A stretch of DNA of 63,831 nt, filler included, from Octopus bimaculoides (lineage: Eukaryota): the NCBI RefSeq assembly GCF_001194135.2. It is 4 parts of 4 records of this genome, joined end to end, with 100 filler letters (N's around TTAATTAATTAA, not from the genome) between each part and the next. Parts side by side here need not be neighbours in the genome. Positions count along the whole stretch, not along the records: positions 31,008 to 53,272 come from NC_069003.1; positions 53,373 to 62,186 come from NC_068989.1; 2 more parts are not named here. One strand, 5' to 3'. The first letter of the stretch is position 1, and every line of letters begins with the position of its first letter. The notes beneath the pieces were generated by a model. It saw only the letters and a program-made list of their open reading frames with translations, searched no databases and had not been told where the DNA came from. A program made the translations under genes and the position numbers. Below, piece after piece: positions 50,601 through 62,286 of this stretch.

Positions 50601-50970
50601 GTCTAGTGTGTCTACTAGATCAGTAGGTGACTCGGTGACTGGCAGGTTTCCTGAAGTTAGTATTACAAACCATCAGATCATTTGCATCGCAGAACTCCAG
50701 CAGCCTGGTTCCCTCCTCATTGCGGGAACCAAAACCATAGCCTCCATGTCTGCCATGGAAGCCCCTTGCATGTTGTCCAACATGCCCACTGAAGTCACCA
50801 GTCACAAATAGAGGGTCCCTGTCATTCGTCGATGAGGTAGTCTGCAAAAGAGTGTCATAAAATTGGTCTTTCTGTCCATCAAGTAGTCCTGGCTGAGGGG
50901 CATAGGCCAAGATAACGGTTCTTAACCTATGATGCAGCACTAATCTAATCATAAGTATTCTATCGCAGAC
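47617..50970 (-). mobile_element. 5'-truncated RTE-clade LINE (APE endonuclease, RT, 3' UTR, (GAT)n tail)
   Basis: EN: AYAPQ...GDFSGHVG...RNEEGTRLLEFC...NTNFRK. RT: FGFMPGKSTTDAIFLVRQLQ...AFVDMEKAFDRVP, QGSVLSP and PWELLYADDL. Stops, frameshifts and an internal deletion. Confidence 0.95.
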
Positions 50971-51196
50971 TCTGGCTACCTCGATTACCTTGTGGGAAAA
51001 ATTCACAACCTTATACACCTTATTTTCGTTCATATGTTTGAAAATGTTTATTGTTTTGTGTTCCAAATTTGTATAATGTTTGCATGTATAATATATTTTA
51101 TCTAGTATAAATTTCGTTTGATTTCTTTTGATATTATCAGAGTAATGGCAATTTTACTGAAATTTTTTAGGGTGGTACATTCTTCTGTAAGATACC

Positions 51197-51249
<53 letters not shown>

Positions 51250-51613
51250 TATATACTTTGTTGCTTTCGCGAATTCTCATAACTCTTTGTTGCAATCCAA
51301 TTCCAATATTATGAATTTGAATTGAGAGCTTGAGTCATAGGGAATCTTTCAGTACCAATTCAAGAAGCACCGTTGGCTTAGTTGAGCTCTTCCACTACCT
51401 CTTCACAGTTCACCCTCTTCTCCATCTTTAACATGTTTGTTGAGTTTCTATGGGATACATTTCCATATATTCTCATAACACACCATATATATGTAATAAT
51501 TTCATATTCGCAAATTTCTTATGCCACTAAGCTACCAGCGAAATATGAAAAATCTTTGTTAGAAATCGCCCTTTGGAACCCTCCAAAGTGAAGAATGAAA
51601 TATAATTCAATCT

Positions 51614-51682
<69 letters not shown>

Positions 51683-52351
51683 GCATCCAGCTGTAGAAAC
51701 TTTGCCAGATAGGATTGGAGCCTGGTGCAGCCTTCTAGCTTGCCAGCCCTCAGTCAAACCGTTCAACCCATGCCAACATGGAAAGTGGATGTTAAACGAC
51801 AACGATGATGATGATGATGATATATAACAAAGTACAGGTGAAGATATAAACCTTGGAGGGATAAAAATATCCAAGAATGTACTGGTTGAATACCTAACGA
51901 TATAGGCACATACATATGTATTATTAATATTATTAAAAGTTAATGTTATTAAAACCAAGAGAGAAGATGGAGACAAGATTAATAAAAGTTTATTAATACA
52001 TTGACAAGACCAGACCTACAATTGCTTCAATTCATCACTGGCAGCATAAAATCAACCAAATTTAATTTAATTTAACTAAAACAATTTAGTTAATTACTAC
52101 AAGTGAGAATATCTTCAGGGAAGGAAGTACAAAGAAATTTAACATATTTAAAACATCCTAAATGCTTTAAAAAGGAAGAATACAGTGTACCGAATTGCAT
52201 CTCGGTACATGTTTTTTTCAGAATAAATTCAGCACTGAATATATTCTGGTTATTTATTTAATTAATCCAATAATAGGATGAATTCTTTTATAAGAATTTA
52301 TCAAGTAGCTAGCGTGAAAAAAACCTCATAAGGGAAAAAATCCATCATTTA

Positions 52352-52430
52352 TTTATACTAAGACGGACTCTAAGGTCAAACTACCATAATAAACACGGTA
52401 GTTTGACCTTAGAGTCCCTCTTAGCGTGAG
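52352..52430 (+). ncRNA. Pre-miRNA-like hairpin (candidate)
   Basis: Perfect 21-bp stem (52365-52385/52397-52417), 11-nt loop, one C/C mismatch, 6 more bp, then 5 bp that rely on G-U pairs on the plus strand only. Confidence 0.35.
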
Positions 52431-52557
52431 GCATTCTTGTATAGTAATGCCCTTATATAAATAAATAAATATATATATATATATTTATTTGTGAATTAAG
52501 GCTGTGATGTTGAGCACTTATTTCCATCATACAATATTTATGTATGTATATATATAT

Positions 52558-53030
52558 CATCATCATCATCATCATCATCACCATCATCATTTAACGTCCG
52601 CTTTCCATGCTAGCATGGGTTGGACGATTTGACTGGGGACTGGTGAACCAGATGGCTACACCAGACTCCAGTATGATCTGGCAGAGTTTCTACAGCTGGA
52701 TGCCCTTCCTAATGCCAACCACTCCGAGAGTGTAGTGGGTGCGTTTTACATGCCACTGGCACGAGGACCAGTCAGGCGGTTCTGGCAATGGCCATGCTCA
52801 AATGGTGTTTTTTACGTGCCGCCTGCACAGGAGCCAGTCCAATGTTTTGTTCACATGCCACTGGCACAAGTGCCAGAAAGGCGAACCTGGAAATGATTGC
52901 GCTCAAATGGTGCTTTTTGCATGCCACCGGCACGGAAGTGAGACCGCTGCTCTGGCAGTGATCCCGCTCAGATGGTGCTGTTAGCGCTCCGCTGGCACAG
53001 GTGCCAGTCATCGAATTTGGTTCAGTTTTG
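52558..53030 (-). mobile_element. RTE 3'-end fragment with (GAT)n tail (others at 51680-51822 and 61605-61890)
   Basis: (CAT)n-TTTAACGTCCGCTTTCCATGCTAGCATGGGTTGGACG... identical in type to the 3' end of the 47.6-kb RTE. Confidence 0.88.
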
Positions 53031-53829
53031 ATCCAAATATATATTCGTGGCACTCCATTGGTTATGACAACAAGGGTTCCAGTTGATCTGATCAATGGAA
53101 CAGCCTGCTTGTGAAATTAATGTGCAAGTGGCTGAGCATTCCACAGACACGTGTACCCTTAACGTAGTTCTCGGGGAGATTCAGCGTGACACAGAGTGTG
53201 ACAAGGTTGGCCCACTGAAATACAGGTACAACAGAAACAGGAAGAAAGAGTGAGAGAAAGTTGTGGTGAAAGNNNNNNNNNNNNNNNNNNNNNNNNNNNN
53301 NNNNNNNNNNNNNNNNTTAATTAATTAANNNNNNNNNNNNNNNNNNNNNNNNNNNNNNNNNNNNNNNNNNNNCCACCACCACCACCACCACTACCACCAC
53401 CACCACTACCACCACCACCACCACCGCCACTGTAATAACGACGACGGCGGCGATGACAGAATAGCAACAACAGCAGTAGTGCTGACGATATTATCAACAG
53501 CGGCAGCAACAACAACAACAATAACAACAACAACAACAACAACAATAGCAACAACAACAACATTAACAATAGCAACAACAACATTTCTAGCAACGTCAGT
53601 GATATAACCACAGCGTGAGATGGTAAAGAATCGTTCTTTGACGTGCTAGAAAGAATAGCGAAAACCCACTCAAATCGCACACAAATAATCGTCTTAAAAG
53701 GAAACGGGAAGTGTGTATTGTACACTGAACGCATTGTACATACGAAACGACGGGATGATCACGGCTGGAAATCTTTGATCAAAGGCCTGCTCGATTAGGA
53801 TTGATCTGAAGCTAAACAAGAAAAAAACT

Positions 53830-54062
53830 AGTCATATTCTTTTTAACTCTAGATACAAGGCCCGAAATCTTTGGGAGAAGGGGGCCAAGTCGATTAGATC
53901 GAACCCAGTATGCAACTGGTACTTATTTAATCGACCCCGAAAGGATGAAAGGATGAAAGGATGAAAGGCAAAGTCGACCTTGACGGATTTGAAATCAGAA
54001 CGTAAACAGCCAGAAAAAAATCGACAAGCATTTCGTTCCGACGCTCTACCGATTCTGCCAGC
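53830..54062 (-). mobile_element. tRNA-derived SINE (core family) with triplicated AAAGGATG
   Basis: CGACCCCGAAAGGATGAAAGGATGAAAGGATGAAAGGCAAAGTCGACC. Confidence 0.88.
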
Positions 54063-55060
54063 TCCATTGAACTATAAGAAAAACGGTAATAATTATGGCG
54101 ACGGTATAATCTTTGCAATGAAATGCTAAAGATTGAAGTATTGCATCGGTCATTTACCATTAAACGTTAGTCAGCATGTACCATGCTTTCGCTAAGTGCT
54201 TTATATGCCTGTGTAATCTTTAAATCTTTTAAAATGTTTCAGCTTCGAAGCTGCGGTCCTGCTGGGGCACCACCGTTAGCTAACATAGATTCCGTTTTAT
54301 TCCTCACTCTTACCCAGCGGAACATCCGGAATGTAACAGCTAAAGGAAGAGAGAGCTTCACCGGTACCTAACTAGTTCGCTTTCACAGTTAAGTCGGCCG
54401 TGAAATGATTTAGCTCAATTGCTCAAGGACTTAACGCCCTGTCCGATCTAGTGATTGAACTCACAACTTTATAAACAATATCCCAACACCTTAACCACGG
54501 CGCTACGCACCTTCACTGTTACAGATTAATACTTCGCTAACGAGCGTGTTAAGAACAGTATTGTAGAGAAGTTTGCGAAACTCTTAATTGTTCTATCAAC
54601 AGTCAAAGTCGAAGAATGAAGTGGATTGGTTCTTTGGCATGACAATATGGCACCTTACCTCTCATGAATATGGTCATTCAGGGACAAACCCCTAATTCAG
54701 TGGTTCCCAACCTTTTCACAGTGGTTCCCCAACGCTTTTATTTAAATGAATTTTCCCGACCCCTTTTAATGCATATGCCTGTCCTAATGTATAATTTCGT
54801 TTATTCTTTTATTTCTTTTACTTGTTTCAGTCAGCTGACTGCGGCCATGCTGGAGCACCGCCTTTAGTCAAACAAATCGCCCCCCCCCCCAGGACTTATT
54901 CTTTGTAAGCCTAGTACTTATTCTATCGGTCCCTTTTGCCGAACCTCTAGTTACGGGGACGTAAACATCGGTCGTCAAGCGATGGTGGGGGCTAACACAG
55001 ACACACAAATACATGCATACATATATATATATATATATAAACGTACATACACACACACAT

Positions 55061-55418
55061 ATTCTGTATCTTTCAATACAGCTCAACGCTTCTAAAACAA
55101 ACTTAGTTTACTTTCATCGTAAGTTGAATTTAACGTTAGCATCTTATGAAGCTAAATTTGTAAGTTCTAAAATTGTAGAAGAATTCGTCAGTGGTCAGTT
55201 TAGCTTAATGGTAAAGCACTTGACGCGTAATCACAGTGATGTGAGCCCGGGTCTCATGACTGGCCGGTAACGTATTTTTCTGCAGTGTATGGATAATTTA
55301 TCCTGTTCACGCTATTTTATTAGCATTATCACGCGTTTGAGAATAAAAAAAATTATTTCTGTATCTTTCATTACATCTCAACGCTTCTAAAACAAACTTT
55401 GTTTACATCCATCGTCAG

Positions 55419-55424
<6 letters not shown>
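55061..55424 (+). mobile_element. tRNA-cassette element, copy B: 295-bp unit with ~68-bp terminal direct repeats
   Basis: TTCTGTATCTTTCA.TACA.CTCAACGCTTCTAAAACAAACTT.GTTTAC..TCATCGT.AGTTGAAT at both ends; sits inside the (TA)/(CA) tract of a SINE. Confidence 0.9.
55194..55265 (+). tRNA. tRNA-Thr(CGT)-like pseudogene, copy B
   Basis: GTCAGTT/GACTGGC acceptor stem, GCTT/AAGC D-stem, loop CG-CGT-AA, GTGAG/CTCAT T-stem (T-loop mutated to CCCGGGT), T5 downstream. Confidence 0.75.
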
Positions 55425-55456
<32 letters not shown>

Positions 55457-56906
55457 GATGGGCTTCTTTGAGTTCCCGTCTACCAAATCCACTCACAAGG
55501 CTTTGGTCAGCCCGAGGCTATAGTAGAAGACATTTGCCCAAGCAGCCACGCAGTGGGAATGAACCCGGAACCATGTGGTTGGTAAGCAAGCTACTTACCA
55601 CACAGCCACTCCTGCGCCTATGTTAGTGAATATATTAAAATTAACAGAATTCCACATAAATCGATGTGTTTATCTTTCTATATTTGTCTCCCGAACCTTC
55701 CCTCTAATTGTCTATCGAACCACTTATTTACTCTCCATCACTCCACATAGCTGTCTACCAATATGTCTATCTATCCATTTATCTATCCGTGTATCTACTT
55801 ATTTATCTAACATCTATCTATCTTATTTTTTTCTCATCTTTTCGCTTTTCTATATCTCTGTTTAAAAGCCTTCCTTCAACGTCACTTCGACTAGCAAAAT
55901 AGTTAAACATTAAAAGCTAAAACAAATTTCTTATTTCCTATTGTCTGTCACATTATTCTTATGTATACTAGATATTTTTTGATATCCCATCACTTAGTGA
56001 ATATCAGTTTATCACAACGCTAACTAAAACTTTGCTATCTGTTATACTATTCTGATATATCTAATATTGTTTATATATATATCGTCTATCATTCGAAATC
56101 AGTCTCTCACTAAGCTATAGAACATTTAACTACAACGACGCTATATTTACAATTCTTGTAGGTACATGTAACACTGTTTTTTTTTTTATTTCTAGTTGTG
56201 TGTCATAAAAATAAAAGAGTTATTTTTTATCTTTTTCGTGTTTTAGTCATTGGTCTCCGGCCATGCTAGGGCACCGCCTTGAAGAATTTTTAGTTGCTTG
56301 AATCTACCCCAGTACTCTTTTTATTATTACGTTGTGGGGTTGAACCCGGAACCATGTAGTTTCAAAGCGAGATTCTTAACCACACACTAACACCCACGCT
56401 AATAATAGTTTCGTTGGTTGAATAACTGGAATAGTCATCATTAAAATTGACGGAGATCCTTTTATTGTTACTCAATGTTACTGTTATGAATGACAACAAG
56501 GCTTGTAATGTGTTTATAAGATGTATAAATAAATGCAAATGAATAAGATTTTTAGGCGTGGCTGGGTGGTAAGAAGCTTGCTTTCAAACGACATAGGTCC
56601 GAGTTCAGTCCCACTGTGTGGCACCTTGGGCCAAGTGTCTTGTATTATAGCCATAGACCAACCAAAGATTTATGAGTGGATTTGGTAGATGGAAATCGAA
56701 AAAAGCCTGTCTATATCTCTGTGTGTGTATGTGTGTGTATCTTTGGTCTGTGCTTGTCTCCCGACCACCGCTTGACAACCGGTGTTGGCGTCTTTACATC
56801 CTCGTAACTTAGTGGTTCGGCAAAAGAACCGAGAGAGTAAGTAAATAATAAAAAGAAGTATTCGTGTATCTTTCCGATCCGACTGCGTGGAAATCCATTA
56901 TGTATG

Positions 56907-56988
<82 letters not shown>

Positions 56989-58215
56989 AATGTATGTGAG
57001 AGTGTGTGCATGTATTTGTGTGTGTGTGTATGTATGTATGTATGTATGTATGTTTGTATGTTCGAATACAGATAGATAGATAGACAGACAGACAGACAGG
57101 CAGGGAGACAGTCAGACAGGCAGGGAGACAGTCAGACAGATAGGTAGATAAATAAATAGATAGATAAACAGAGACAGACAGACAGATAGATAGATAGATA
57201 GATATGTGACATGGATGAATAAAGCAGAAAGCAAATAATTTTGAAGCAAACAAACATTAAACACAAAAAAATTCACTGCAAAAAACATCTCAAAAACAAT
57301 ATCTACACTACCCTCAAAGCTAGTCACACCATGGCTTAATGGCGGAAAAAAACCTTTTGTTTGGTCGTCATTACAAATGGAACGGAATGCAACGTTAAAT
57401 GGAGGATCAATTTATTTAATTGAATATAAAACATCAACTGACTTGGGGATTCATTGCTGACATATAGTTGTCACCTTTAAATACTTGCGAAAAACTCTTC
57501 TGCGTTTTTTGTTTTTAAATTTGCCAGGCTTTTAGCTTGGTTTCTTTTCGTTTGGAAGACTTACATTCTTGGAAAGAATTTCTTTGTGTGTGTTTGTATA
57601 TTGTGTGAATATGCGTATCTCCGTGTATGTCTACTTCTATGTGGGTGTAATGTGCATTCTATAAGTTTATGTGTGTGTTTCTATTTAACTGTATGGTAAA
57701 ATATGAATGTATCTGATGTATGTCTACAGCGCATAAATATTTTATGATGAGAAAAGTTTGGTTTAACAAGGGCTTATTTTCAGCGTATAATAGTTAATTA
57801 TGTATGTATATATATATATATATATATACCTAAATACATACATACACATATATATATATGTGCATATATATATATTTATATATGTATATATATATATTNN
57901 NNNNNNNNNNNNNNNNNNNNNNNNNNNNNNNNNNNNNNNNNNNNNNNNNNNNNNNNNNNNNNNNNNNNNNNNNNNNNNNNNNNNNNNNNNNNNNNNNNNN
58001 NNNNNNNNNNNNNNNNNNNNNNNNNNNNNNNNNNNNNNNNNNNNNNNNNNNNNNNNNNNNNNNNNNNNNNNNNNNNNNNNNNNNNNNNNNNNNNNNNNNN
58101 NNNNNNNNNNNNNNNNNNNNNNNNNNNNNNNNNNNNNNNNNNNNNNNNNNNNNNNNNNNNNNNNNNNNNNNNNNNNNNNNNNNNNNNNNNNNNNNNNNNN
58201 NNNNNNNNNNNNNNN

Positions 58216-58287
<72 letters not shown>

Positions 58288-58456
58288 GTGTGTCTATATG
58301 TATATCTATTATATATGTATGTATGTAAATATGTAAATGTAGATACACATATATACACACATATATATGTTTAAGTGTATGTGTATATATATATGTTTAT
58401 CCCTGTGTACGTAGTGAATGTGTGTCATGTGTATATGCATGTATATGTACGTGTGC

Positions 58457-58506
<50 letters not shown>

Positions 58507-59265
58507 GCGTATATATATGGAATAAAGCTGAACAAATATGTAATAACTATATATAATAACCATTATATTATTTGTGACTGCGTATGTACGGGTGTATATA
58601 CATGTACAAGCGCGATTCTCGATAGATTTCCATTTGAACATGTTCAATTCACATGTATGTACACGTTTTACGCTGGTAAACATAAAGTGTAATCTTCTTC
58701 TCATCTCGTAGAGATTGATACAAACTTAAATACCAGGAGGCGGGATATTCTGAAAAACCCAAGAACATTGCTTGTTTACGCTTACAATTTTATATAATCT
58801 GGGGGATGCGTTCACCATTTATAATTTATATACATAATGTGTACACGTACGTGTGTGCATCTCTGTGTGTGACTGCCTTGCCTCTATGTGTGTATGCATT
58901 ATGTATATGTGTATATATATTTAATCATTTATGAGCGCATACATTTACAGCAATGGATTAGATTTTAGATATATTTTGCATGATTAATTCATGCGAATAT
59001 ATACATTATACGATTAAGCATGTATGAGTGAGTATGTATCATATATTTACATTTTATATATATCAGAAGGGAGGTGAGAGCACGGAAGCGGAGTGTTTAT
59101 AAGTATGCATGTCTGTACGTATATATGCGTATGTATGTAGACATATACAAACATTATACATATATATATATATATATATACACAAGCATATACTATATAT
59201 ATATATATAGTATATACATATACTAAACATATGTATATCATGCGTACTTATAAATATATATATAG

Positions 59266-59346
<81 letters not shown>

Positions 59347-59451
59347 NNNNNNNNNNGTATATATATATATATATATATATATATGCATGCATGTATATAT
59401 ATATATATATATACATATATATATACATATATACATATATATATATGTATG

Positions 59452-59493
<42 letters not shown>

Positions 59494-59499
59494 TATATA

Positions 59500-59880
59500 T
59501 ATATATATATCCCTTACGGAGAGACGCTCTCACACGGTCCGTTGAGTGTAAATCACTATAAATAATATTTGTATATAATTAAAGTGGTTGAGCACTTAAG
59601 CGGCCAAAGCAATCTCCGAAAGGCAGTAGTTTGTGACGTAGACAAATATCTAGTAATAACTCTCCGGCATTCGAATCCCTCGATTAGTGCTATCACAAGG
59701 TATTTAGCGCTAGCGGGGATCGGGGAAAACGCTTGTGACATGAAGAGTGACACTAGACTTTTCCCTCTGTTAAGTATGAATGCCCCGGATTTACAAAGTT
59801 ATCCGCCATATTTGTTTCGTATGAAATAGTCGCTGTCTTTCGGTTTTGGTTTGTTTTTCGGTTTTGGTTTGTTTTTCGCT
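59500..59880 (-). promoter_or_regulatory. CpG-dense unique segment with a perfect YY1 motif overlapping a minus-strand ATG
   Basis: CCGCCATATT at 59803-59812 reads AATATGGCGG on the minus strand; ATG GCG GAT AAC TTT is followed by a possible donor GTAAAT. Confidence 0.35.
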
Positions 59881-60648
59881 TTTTGCATATCTTTTCATCT
59901 TTGTCGCTTAGATATTTGCATAATTCTGAAAACCGTTTAATTCATTCCAAGTATTTTATTGAAATTTTAACTTTTTGCAACATTTATGAATGCAGTAAAA
60001 TTTGTTCTGGGGAACAAATGCATGGTTGTGTGTGTGTCTGTGTGCATGTGTGTGTGTATGTGTGCCCGTGCGCGTGTGTGTAAAAAGATACATCATATAC
60101 ATACATATGTGTGTCTGTGTGTCTATGTTTGTGTATGTATGTACCGGTTTAAAAGTTTAGTTTCTTTTTGGACAGGTCTTATGTACATGCGCGAACACAC
60201 ATATTCAACCGCACAGACTGTGTGTGTAGATATCTATAACCTATTAGGGTATTGATCTCGCGATCGTACGGTTGTGGGTTCAATCCCTAGATAGTGCGGA
60301 TTATTTTGTCCTTAGCCAAAGTACATCACTTCACGTCGCTCAAGTCTGCTCAGTTGAAAATGAGTACCAAGCGACTGTTAGTGCAGATCTGCCTCCCTCC
60401 AGTACTAACATCCTCGTTTTCAGCCGGATCAAAAGTAAGAAGGGTCTCTCTGCTTGCAAAACTTTGTGTCCCTAAAAACTGGCAAAACGTGACACCAGCA
60501 ACGGGGTCGTCCCCGCCCATCAGTGACCTTTAAGTTCATGCGTGTGTGTATCCGTAAGCGTTGTGTGCATATGAGTATGTATGTGTGTATATTTGTGCGC
60601 GTGTACGTATATATGTACGTGTGAATGTATGTTTGTATCCATGTATGT

Positions 60649-60697
<49 letters not shown>

Positions 60698-61254
60698 TTG
60701 TGCGCGTGTACTCTCTTTTACTCTTTTACTTGTTTCAGTCATTTGACTGCGGCCATGCTGGAGCACCACCTTTAGTCGAGCAAATCGACCCCGGGACTTA
60801 TTCTTTGTAAGCCTAGTACATATTTTATCGGTCTCTTTTGCCGAACCGCTAAGTTACGGGGACGTAAACACACNNNNNNNNNNNNNNNNNNNNNNNNNNN
60901 NNNNNNNNNNNNNNNNNNNNNNNNNNNNNNNNNNNNNNNNNNNNNNNNNNNNNNNNNATATATATATATATATATATACAAATATACGACAGACTTCTTT
61001 CAGTTTCCGTCTCCCAAATCCACTCGCAAGGCTCTGGTCGGCCCGAGGCTATAGCAGAAGACACTTGCCCAAGGTGCCACGCAGTGGGACTGAACCTGGA
61101 ACCATGTGGTTGGTAAGCAAGCTACTTACCACACAGCCACTCCTGCGCCTGTTTGTATCCATGTATGTTATATGTGTGTGTGTGCGTGTGCGCGTGCGTG
61201 TGTTGCCAGCCTAAAAAAGAAGTAATATTTTTAAACCAGTCTGCTGACAATTAA

Positions 61255-61600
61255 TTACAGTTTTGTTTTAAAGGCTTTTATATCCACACCATGCAGGTCT
61301 CTCAGGCATTTTGGAAGGATATTAAAAGGCTGTGGGTCCTTAAAGCGCAAGCTGTTGCAGTATCTGGTCCTGTATTTTGATGGCGATGCTGGGGTCCTTG
61401 AATAACTTTCAATGCCAAAGTTTGGTACAAGGTATATCTCTCCCACCTTCGTTTCAAGAAGAAGAGTTTTAATTCCTTCAGTCTTTCCCAGTAGCTGACA
61501 TGTTGCATCGAGACGATTTTCTTAGTGTAGCTTCGTTGGATTGCTTCGAGTTCCGCTGTGGATACTTTATTGTGTGATGACCATAATTGGGAGCAAATAC
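61255..61600 (-). mobile_element. CR1-clade LINE 3' coding relic
   Basis: CSQLWSSHNKVSTAELEAIQRSYTKKIVSMQHVSYWERLKELKLFFLKRRWERY...NSLRFK.P..FNILPKCLRDL...FKTKL. Confidence 0.88.
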
Positions 61601-62133
61601 ATAATCATCATCATCATCATCGTTTAACGTCCGATTTCCATGCTAGCATGGGTTGGACGATTTGACAGAGGACTGGTGAACCGGATAGTTGCACCAGGCT
61701 CCAATCTGATCTGGCAGAGTTTCTACAGCTGGATGCCTTTCCTAACGCCAACCACTCCGAGAGTGTAGTGGGTGCTTTTACGTGCCACCGGCACGAGGGC
61801 CAGTCTGGCGGTACTGGCAACGGCCACGCTCAAAATGGTGTATTTTACGTGCCACCTGCACAGGAGCCAGTCCAGCGGCACTAGCAGCGACTTATATATG
61901 TTTTAATTGAAAATGGAGACGAGCACCATTCCTCGATGTAATCAGCTTGAGAGATTGTTAAAATATTAAGATATCTTTCTGACATGAAACTAATGGTAAC
62001 CTTAATACATAAATAAATTTTATCCACCAAACCGGTGATGAGCAAACATTCTCATTGTTCGACATTTATGTATATATCAATCTTCCGTGTCCTTCCTCAA
62101 TTATATATATGTATGTGTGTGTATATGTGTGTA

Positions 62134-62186
<53 letters not shown>

Positions 62187-62286
62187 NNNNNNNNNNNNNN
62201 NNNNNNNNNNNNNNNNNNNNNNNNNNNNNNTTAATTAATTAANNNNNNNNNNNNNNNNNNNNNNNNNNNNNNNNNNNNNNNNNNNN

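Noticed and set aside
55355-55424. Hammerhead in the cassette terminal repeat (minus-strand CTGACGA...GAAA)
   Set aside because: No helix II closing pair, and CTGACGA is absent from the other three repeat copies.
58712-60255. Possible downstream exons at 58712, 59912 and 60176
   Set aside because: Good acceptors but no convincing donors or domain similarity. The 59912 frame is phase-incompatible with exon E, and all lie beyond a scaffold join.
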